Source: a virus (lineage: Duplodnaviria; Heunggongvirae; Uroviricota; Caudoviricetes). Taken from it: DNA of 64,000 nucleotides. This document shows, one piece after another, positions 57,358-64,000 of this stretch (within the stretch, counting starts at the first letter, position 1; each line of letters starts with the position of its first letter). The stretch lies in the IMG/VR virus record IMGVR_UViG_3300026549_001031; one strand, given 5' to 3'. A model generated the notes under the pieces. That model saw nothing but the letters and a program-made list of their open reading frames with translations, ran no database searches and was not told where the DNA came from. The position numbers and the translations under genes were made by a program.

Positions 57358-57909
57358 GTGACAGAGTTTAGAATCAACAGGGTAATAAATAACTGGGACT
57401 ATAGACACAAGACATGGTTCAGTGTAGAGGCAAGTAATGATACAGCATTTGAGATAGATGCAAAAGCAGCAATAGATGTTAAAACTAGCATAGGAAATAA
57501 AAAGAAACTTGACATTGTAGATTATATTGGTAGACCTAATTATTCATATTATAGGAGCACTTTTAGAGATCCTAGCATTTACAAAGAACCAACAGAACTT
57601 CGTCTAAAGTTGGGTAAGAAAGTGTTTTTGAAAATGGTGCACGATGAATATGGAGGTATAATCAGTATGGTGGTTAAAGCACATCACCTTAAACCTGGAG
57701 ACTTCAAAATGAAAATAACTTGCATTGATGAGACAGAAACTACAAAGGAAAATGAGGGCGGAAAGAGAGAGATATATGAAATAGACAATGTAAATAAGAA
57801 AGATACAGAAGTGGCAGAGGTTGGCAATTGGTTAATTAGCTATGACATTCAAAAAGAAGTAGTCAACATACATGTTTTTAATAAAGACTACACTTGCATG
57901 ACAGTGTGA
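57358..57909 (+). CDS. hypothetical protein (183 aa; GTG start, weakly supported)
   Basis: ORF; start codon choice uncertain. Confidence 0.4.
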   Translation: MTEFRINRVINNWDYRHKTWFSVEASNDTAFEIDAKAAIDVKTSIGNKKKLDIVDYIGRPNYSYYRSTFRDPSIYKEPTELRLKLGKKVFLKMVHDEYGGIISMVVKAHHLKPGDFKMKITCIDETETTKENEGGKREIYEIDNVNKKDTEVAEVGNWLISYDIQKEVVNIHVFNKDYTCMTV

Positions 57910-57959
57910 TATAATAGATAAAGATAAAAAGTAGTTAGAAGGATAAGGGCATATAAATT

Positions 57960-58418
57960 ATGAAGAAAGCAGTATTAAAAATTGAAAAAGATGGAGTAAA
58001 AATATTTGAGGCATCCTTATCAAATGGTATAGGATTGATTTATCAGGACAGTGAAGTTGCTATTTATGATCAGAGACTAAATATTGAGTACTATACTCAT
58101 TTGATCAGTTACAAGGATAAATTAGTTGCAATGATTATCAGTAGTGACAATGATGTTGCAGAAGTAAACCTGTTCATTAAAGATGGATCATTGAAAGCTT
58201 GGTTCACTACAGATGCTGGGGATGGAGATATCATTGATGCTGGTTTAGTGCAGAATATGTTAGGAACTAAGTTCAAGGGATTTGGAGAATTATATGATAT
58301 AATTACACAGGAGTATGAGGATATGACATTGATAACAATGTATACTAACATGTCACCTGATGGTAAATCATATAAACCCAATACAAAGCATTTGGAGTGG
58401 GCATACACACAGGCATAG
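57960..58418 (+). CDS. hypothetical protein (152 aa), paralog family F
   Basis: KIFEASLSNGIGLIY block shared with 58437 gene. Confidence 0.55.
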   Translation: MKKAVLKIEKDGVKIFEASLSNGIGLIYQDSEVAIYDQRLNIEYYTHLISYKDKLVAMIISSDNDVAEVNLFIKDGSLKAWFTTDAGDGDIIDAGLVQNMLGTKFKGFGELYDIITQEYEDMTLITMYTNMSPDGKSYKPNTKHLEWAYTQA

Positions 58419-58436
58419 TGAAAGAGGTAGCATAGA

Positions 58437-58895
58437 ATGATAAGTAAGTTACTTTTGCAATTAACATATGACAAAGAAAAGATATTTGAGGCATCTGTAT
58501 CAAGTGGGCTTGGACTAATTTATACAGGAGAGGACATTGAATATAAGGAATTTACATTTGGTCCTGATTACATAGCAGTTGTAGTTTATAGAAAAGATAA
58601 AGTGATTGCACTGTTTGAATTAGATTGTAACATAGTGAAATCAATTCATACATTCAGCAAGGATAATAATTTAGATGCATATGTCATTACAAAAAATTGT
58701 AAGGAAAGTGTGGATGCTGCAGTTACACTAGGTGTAATGCTTGAGCAAAATGTATGCACAGTGGCTAATAAGTTCAATGTACATTGTAAAGTATTGGATG
58801 GCATTCAAGTCACAAGTATGTACATTGACTTACAAGATTATATCAGAGATAAAAATACAGCACTACGTTATAGTTGGGTATTAAATAAAGTTTAA
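58437..58895 (+). CDS. hypothetical protein (152 aa), paralog family F
   Basis: Tandem paralog (KIFEASVSSGLGLIY). Confidence 0.55.
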   Translation: MISKLLLQLTYDKEKIFEASVSSGLGLIYTGEDIEYKEFTFGPDYIAVVVYRKDKVIALFELDCNIVKSIHTFSKDNNLDAYVITKNCKESVDAAVTLGVMLEQNVCTVANKFNVHCKVLDGIQVTSMYIDLQDYIRDKNTALRYSWVLNKV

Positions 58896-58906
58896 CCGCA
58901 TGGGTA

Positions 58907-58935
58907 TTGATTTTTATGGAAATAAGTGGTATAAT
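58907..58935 (+). promoter_or_regulatory. sigma-A promoter TTGATT-N17-TGgTATAAT (near-identical copy at 63333-63361)
   Basis: TTGATTTTTATGGAAATAAGTGGTATAAT; followed by GTTGGAGGTAAG RBS and ATG 58967. Confidence 0.6.
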
Positions 58936-58966
58936 TTAATTATTAAGAGTTGGAGGTAAGAGATAG

Positions 58967-59845
58967 ATGAAAGCATCAAATAAAATTTTAGGAGCAGTAT
59001 TAGCATTAGCTATGACAGTAGGAACAGTAAGTGGAGCACCTGTTGCAGGTGATGTACTTGGAGCAGAAACAGTGCAGGCAGCTACAAGAACAAAGAGTGT
59101 TACAATTAGTAACGTTAAGAATGGAAAAGCTACCTTATATACAGGGCAGAGTTTATCATTTAAGACGAACTATAAAGAAAATCAGTTGAAAGTGTCTACA
59201 TCAGATAAAAGCGTGGTCAGCGTAAAAGGTATTAAGATCACAGGAGTAAATAAAGGAACTGCAAAGATTACAGTGGCTGTTAAAAGCAATACAAAAGTAA
59301 AAAAGACTATTACAGTAAAAGTTGTGGATAGGTATATTATCAGAAAGAGTTGTGAAGGTGGTAATGCAGTTACAGAAAAGTATGACAGAAAGACAAAGAA
59401 GAGCACATATACAGTTGCTATGACAGGTACAGATGAGTTAAATAAAGCAGATATCAGTGTAAAGTTTAAGTTTACATCTAAGGCTACAAATCTGACAGGT
59501 ACAAGATATGCAGGAGAATTAAATAATGGTGAAGGTTGTGGTCTTAGACTATACAACATGACAAAAGATGACTCATACAAACAGATTATTGATTTTAACA
59601 AGAAATCAGATAAAGAGCTTTACAAATATTATGAGCTGACAAAGGCAGAAATCAAGCAGACAAAGTTTACACGTAATAATACAGATGCAGGGTATGTGAT
59701 GGCATCTGTTGTTCCACATGGCAAAAACGGACTTATTAAGGAATGTTTAATCAAAGACAAGGAAACAGGAACATTATATAAATTAGAGTATCGGGGTAGC
59801 GAAGATCCGTATGCAGTATATAAGAGTGTAAAAGTCATAAAGTAA
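58967..59845 (+). CDS. secreted protein with signal peptide and bacterial Ig-like (Big_2) domain
   Basis: Signal peptide MKASNKILGAVLALAMTVGTVSGAPVAG; Big_2-like SVTISNVKNGKATLYTGQSLSF...KVSTSDKSVVSVKGIKITGVNKGTAKITVAVK. Confidence 0.7.
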   Translation: MKASNKILGAVLALAMTVGTVSGAPVAGDVLGAETVQAATRTKSVTISNVKNGKATLYTGQSLSFKTNYKENQLKVSTSDKSVVSVKGIKITGVNKGTAKITVAVKSNTKVKKTITVKVVDRYIIRKSCEGGNAVTEKYDRKTKKSTYTVAMTGTDELNKADISVKFKFTSKATNLTGTRYAGELNNGEGCGLRLYNMTKDDSYKQIIDFNKKSDKELYKYYELTKAEIKQTKFTRNNTDAGYVMASVVPHGKNGLIKECLIKDKETGTLYKLEYRGSEDPYAVYKSVKVIK

Positions 59846-59875
59846 CAAGCATAAATAACTAAAGATTTAGTTGTT

Positions 59876-59915
59876 AACAGAGGACTCAGGTGTTTGGACA
59901 CTTGGGTCCTTTTTG
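59876..59915 (+). terminator. candidate Rho-independent terminator (GGACTCAGGTGT...ACACTTGGGTCC stem + TTTTTGTG)
   Basis: 12-bp stem with G-U/mismatch positions followed by T-run, 30 nt after stop of 58967 gene. Confidence 0.5.
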
Positions 59916-59991
59916 TGTACATAAATTTCTACATGAATTTAATTAAAATTGAAATTTTATATTTTTAATAATTTATAAGAGGTAATAGAAG

Positions 59992-61736
59992 ATGAGCATG
60001 TTATTAAGAGGACAAGACAGTATTGATGAAGTTTTGAGGCTATCTAAAGATCATGATAGCATTGAAAAACTTAATGAGACACAAGAAAGTGAAGATAACA
60101 TTGGGTACACAAAAGGAAAAGAACTGGAAAATTCTGGAAATGAGGAGTCAGAGTTAACAGACAATAAAGAAAAGGCAAAAGGCAGTGAGTCAGCTGAAAA
60201 TAACATTGAAGAAGAAAACAAACAGGAGGATAAGAGTAAATCATTAGGGGGTTTAATTAAACGCGGAGCAGAAGCATTAGCAACACTAGGATTAATAGCA
60301 GTCACAGAAAAGCAGATAGAAGAGACACATCAATTGAGAGTCTTTGCAACTTGTACATGTAAAGGTTCTTGCGGTAATAATTGTAAAGGTTGCAGTGGTA
60401 GTTGTAAAGATAGTTGTGTTTCAGGTTGTACAGGAAGTTGCAAAGGTGACTGTAATACAACATGTCATGGTGGCTGTAAAAATGGGTGTCATACAAGTTG
60501 TAATGGCGGTTGTAAGGGTGGTTGTAATAAGTTATGTAAAGGCGGATGTAAGACGTCATGTAAAGATGGATGTGCAAATGCATGTGGTGGGTGCAAAGGT
60601 GGTTGTGCACATGACTGTGCTAATTGTAAAGATAGTTGTAAGGGTGGTTGTATACATGGTTGTGGTGGTGATTGCAAAGGTTCATGCAAGGAAGGATGTA
60701 AAGGTTCATGCAAAGGCAGTTGCAAAGGTGAGTGTAAAGATGGCTGCAAGGGAGATTGTAAGGGCAGTTGCAATACTGGATGCAAGGGAGATTGTAAGGG
60801 CAATTGCAAAGGAAGTTGCAACACCGGCTGTGATAGTTCATGCAAGGGAGGTTGCAAGACAGGTTGTAACACTTCATGTACAGGCAGTTGTAGTGGCGGT
60901 TGTAATACTTCATGTTCAGGAGGATGTGATGGCTATTGTGGAGGTTCTTGCAGTAGTTCCTGTGGTGGAGACTGTTCAGGAAGTTGTGGATCCTGTGACT
61001 CAGGATGCTACAGTTCTTGCAAGACAGGCTGTTATCAAGGATGCACAGGAAGTTGTGGACAGGGATGTGCAAGTGGATGTGATAGTACATGCACAGGATC
61101 CTGTGACACTAGTTGTAATACTTCTTGCAATACAAGTTGTACTGGATCATGTGGTAGTGGGTGTGAAAGCACTTGTGAAGGATCATGTAAAGGACAATGT
61201 GACACAGATTGTAATGGATGTACAGGAACTTGTAATGGTAGTGCAGCAAGTACTTGTGGTGAGAGCTGTGAAGGTGGCTGTAAGACAACATGTAATACAA
61301 GTTGCACGGGGGCATGCACAACTAGTTGCAGTGGAGAAAGTAGTGGATCAGACACAGGTTGTAATGGATCATGTAAGGCAGAATGTACAGGCTGTACAAC
61401 TACTTGTGGAGCAGATTGCTCAAGTGGATGCAACACAAGTTGTTCAAGTAGTTGCAGTAACGGATGTAAAGGCAAATGCACAGATTCCTGTACAGGCAGT
61501 TGCATAGGACAATGTTAGGTACTTGTATAGGCACATGTAATACAGGATGTATGACAGGATGTAAGACAGGTTGTAAAGAGGCATGTGCAGGAACTTGTTT
61601 AGGTGGATGCACCGGTTCATGTAAGATGACAGCCCAAAGTACAACACCTGGTGGAGGAAATGGTGGGACAGTTGTGCCTGGTGAACAACCTGGAAGCACT
61701 AACAGAGATAGAATACATACAGTAATAGTAAATTAA
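59992..61736 (+). CDS. giant cysteine-rich C-x3-C tandem-repeat protein (about 580 aa, more than 100 Cys); reading frame needs -1 shift near 61513-61518
   Basis: Frame 1 ORF 59992-61518 (acidic N-terminal 100 aa then ...CKGSCGNNCKGCSGSCKDSCVSGCTGSCKGDC... for about 400 aa); frame 0 continues CLGTCIGTCNTGCMTGCKTGCKEACAGTCLGGCTGSCK to TAA 61736 keeping the 4-residue Cys period. Confidence 0.6.
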
Positions 61737-61845
61737 ACAAAGTGTTTATAAGTAGGACATGTCATATAAAAGGCATGTCCTATTTTTATGCATAGAAGTA
61801 TAAAAAGAGAATTTTTATTTTTAATTAAAGTTGGGAGGAATAAGC

Positions 61846-63185
61846 ATGTCTGATGTAATTGAGCAGTTATATGGAGATAGGGTACCTGGTACAAATATAG
61901 TGTTTACACCTGAAAATGTTGTAGAGGAAATGATGAGTAGACTTCCTGAAGATTTCTGGACACCTGACAAAAGAATATTGGACATATGCAGCAAGTCAGG
62001 TAGATTTCTGAAATATGCATTTAACAAATTATATAAATCACCTTATTTAAGTGAAATGACACCTAATGAGAGAAAGAGGCATATAATTGAAAATCAGTTG
62101 TTTGGACTGTCAAATGACTTTACATGTCTAGTTTTGGCAGAAACAACACTATATGGTTTTGCACAGTATGGAAAAAGAAACATTAAGCTTGTATCAAATT
62201 TAGAGGCAGTAGTAAAAAGAGTAGATAGACAGAGTGAACTTGGAAAGGAGACAGGTTTTGATATGCATTTCGACTTAGTAATTGGAAATCCCCCTTATAA
62301 TAAGGGCATGGATATTGATTTCATAGATCTTGGCTATGAATTAAGTAAACAGTATACAGTGATGATAGTGCCTGCAAAGTGGCAAACAGCAGATGCAAAT
62401 CAGAGGATCAGTAGTAAAATGAGTTATGGACAGTTCAGAGAGAAGCTAGTCCCTCATATGAAATATGTATGTTTTTACCCTGACTGCTTAGACGTTTTTG
62501 GTATTCAAGAGCAGTCTGGGGTTAGCTGGTTTATTTTAGATAAGAGCAATACATATGAGGATAGTTGCACAGTAGAAAATAAGTGTAACTTACAGAAATA
62601 TGCTAATGGCATTGAGAAAAGAGATATAACTCACAGACAAACCTTATGGAACATAGGAAATAAAATAATTGAGCACTTAAATAGGGGGGGCAGTACAAAT
62701 CATATGAGTTTAGTCCTATAGAAAATAGAAAAGCATACACACTTAACATGAATACACAAATGGCACTTGGTACATGTTCATCTGGTGCATGGGATTTCGA
62801 CATGGGTGGAATAAAGAAAAGCTTTATAGGCAAAGGTGGAGTATTGTTTAATCAGAGTGGACAATTGAATCTAACAAATAAAGCACGCTTATTAAGAGGG
62901 GTTGAAAAGTCAGGCATAAGTGCATCAAAAGATGTCTTTACTTCTGATGACATAGACGAGTGTAAATCTTTTTATACATGGATAAATAGCAAATTTACAA
63001 GGTTTTTTATACTGATCAACATTAGTTCATTAACAATTTTAAATGACAACACATTCAGGTTTGTCCCTTGTCCTCCTCATAATTCCTTTGATCACCTGTA
63101 TACAGATAAGGAGCTGTATGATTGGTTTAACCTACCAGAGGAATATAGGGAAGTCATAGATAGTATCCTACGAGACCGTAAATAA
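61846..63185 (+). CDS. full-length TaqI-like gamma-class N6-adenine DNA methyltransferase, split by poly-G(7) tract at 62684-62690 (intact with G8)
   Basis: ATG 61846 after GGGAGG; motif X/I VFTPENVVEEMMSRL...ILDICSKSGRFL (cf. M.TaqI VETPPEVVDFM...LEPACAHGPFL), motif IV LVIGNPPY, IVPAKWQTAD; second ORF 62748-63185 carries FRFVPCPP...YTDKELYDWF; inserting one G joins ...LNRGG to QYKSYEF..., restoring homology to paralog 44097 (GQYEKFRF). Confidence 0.75.
62684..62690 (+). repeat. G7 homopolymer inside methyltransferase coding sequence (candidate slipped-strand phase-variation switch)
   Basis: Only long G run in an AT-rich window; length 7 = OFF (stop 14 codons later), length 8 = ON. Confidence 0.6.
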
Positions 63186-63332
63186 TAAAATCACAAGCAG
63201 TATAATAAATTTAGTTTAACAGGTTGTAAAAAGAGAGATTCATAAATAAAAGAAGATACACAGATATGAAAATAAGATATAGCATTTGTATAAAATAATA
63301 TACATTGAGTTATAGGTCTGATATGCAATAGG

Positions 63333-63361
63333 TTGATTTTTATAGAAAAACATGGTATAAT
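63333..63361 (+). promoter_or_regulatory. sigma-A promoter TTGATT-N17-TGgTATAAT (copy of 58907 promoter)
   Basis: TTGATTTTTATAGAAAAACATGGTATAAT. Confidence 0.6.
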
Positions 63362-63402
63362 ATAAATAGAGATTGGAAGAGAGTTAAGCGAGGGACTCAA
63401 GA

Positions 63403-64000
63403 ATGAAAATAAGCAGTTCAGAATTAGCAAGAGTACAAGGACAATTATGTGTAAGTGCATATAGATATTTAAGAGGACTTAACAGAGAAATAAGTGATAG
63501 TTCTGAGGATAAACTCTTAGATGATTTCAATGATGCATATAGAGAATATGCTAAGGTCATGCATGATGAGTTTAATACATTAACTCCTGCAACAGCACCA
63601 GAGATTGCTAAAACAATCGTAGAAGAGTGTAATAGATGCAGCCTTGACTTGAGTGCATTCTGGGAAAGAAGGATAAGTGATGCAGTAAAAATCAAGTATG
63701 GAACATTCAAGAGAATAATACCTGACATAAGTAGATATGAGTTTACAGTGATTTGTGAAATTGATCATGTGGATTACGAGATCGGATGCATTGACATTTG
63801 GAGAAATAGTTGGAAATTCTATAACATTGCAGATGAGGCAATGGAAGTTGATGACACAATTACAGTAATGATAGACGGAAGGGCACATGATATTTGTAAA
63901 GTACACTTTTTAAGTGTAAAAGATCCTTTCTGTAAAAATAACATAGCAATGTATAACAGTTATTGCATAAAAGTTGAAAGTTACATTTACAATTATGATT
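63403..64000 (+). CDS. hypothetical protein, 3'-partial (runs off window end)
   Basis: ATG 63403 after promoter and GCGAGGGACTCAAGA; open for 199 codons to window end; not in track because no stop inside window. Confidence 0.45.
   Translation, partial: MKISSSELARVQGQLCVSAYRYLRGLNREISDSSEDKLLDDFNDAYREYAKVMHDEFNTLTPATAPEIAKTIVEECNRCSLDLSAFWERRISDAVKIKYGTFKRIIPDISRYEFTVICEIDHVDYEIGCIDIWRNSWKFYNIADEAMEVDDTITVMIDGRAHDICKVHFLSVKDPFCKNNIAMYNSYCIKVESYIYNYD

Noticed and set aside
60340-61500. Possible CRISPR array suggested by regular short repeats
   Set aside because: Periodicity is 12 nt (4 codons), repeats are degenerate, and there are no 28-37-bp direct repeats or unique spacers. The region is a continuous ORF.
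60302-61699. Long minus-strand ORFs (H/Y/L-rich, P/L/Q-rich) and an overlapping + frame ORF (60344-61507) in the 60-61.7 kb region
   Set aside because: They are the reverse-complement and shifted-frame readings of the 12-nt-periodic TGY codon repeats of the Cys-rich gene. No RBS is present, and compositional periodicity fully explains them.
934-63906. All other minus-strand ORFs in the supplied track (for example 934-1179, 1526-1909, 8900-9337, 12305-12703, 63384-63728, 63580-63906)
   Set aside because: Each lies inside a longer, RBS-supported + strand gene, often one with recognisable domains. None has a plausible RBS or promoter, and the window shows strict co-directional organisation.

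Overview
The window is a 64-kb, AT-rich (about 35% GC) gene array transcribed entirely from the + strand. Nearly every ORF has an AGGAGG-type ribosome-binding site, and many lie behind textbook sigma-A promoters (TTGACA/TTGATT-17-TGnTATAAT). This points to a large phage, phage-plasmid or other large mobile element of a low-GC Firmicutes-like host. I did not recognise a capsid, portal or terminase gene. Features recognised from sequence motifs are listed below.

- **Recognisable genes:** a complete FtsH AAA+/M41 protease; a J-domain (HPD) protein; an OB-fold plus HD-domain YhaM-like nuclease; an SPFH/band-7 protein; a secreted Big_2 protein; a lipoprotein; and two zinc-ribbon proteins.
- **Mobile element:** an IS200/IS605-family insertion with tnpA, a frameshifted tnpB and both subterminal hairpins.
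- **Methyltransferase family:** four paralogous TaqI-like gamma-class N6-adenine methyltransferase genes. Three are 'headless', starting exactly at the NPPY catalytic motif and lacking the SAM-binding N-lobe. The one full-length copy is split by a poly-G(7) tract.
- **Cysteine-rich protein:** an extraordinary protein of about 580 aa with more than 100 cysteines at strict 4-residue spacing (C-x3-C repeats), interrupted by a -1 frameshift.
- **Accessory regions:** tandem paralog families with decaying copies (in-frame TAG and TGA) fill 41-59 kb. A cluster of about 20 small membrane or coiled-coil proteins lies at 24.9-35.3 kb. Two long non-coding regions carry iteron-like repeats and shared motifs.

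Most other ORFs are hypothetical. The minus-strand ORFs in the supplied track look spurious.
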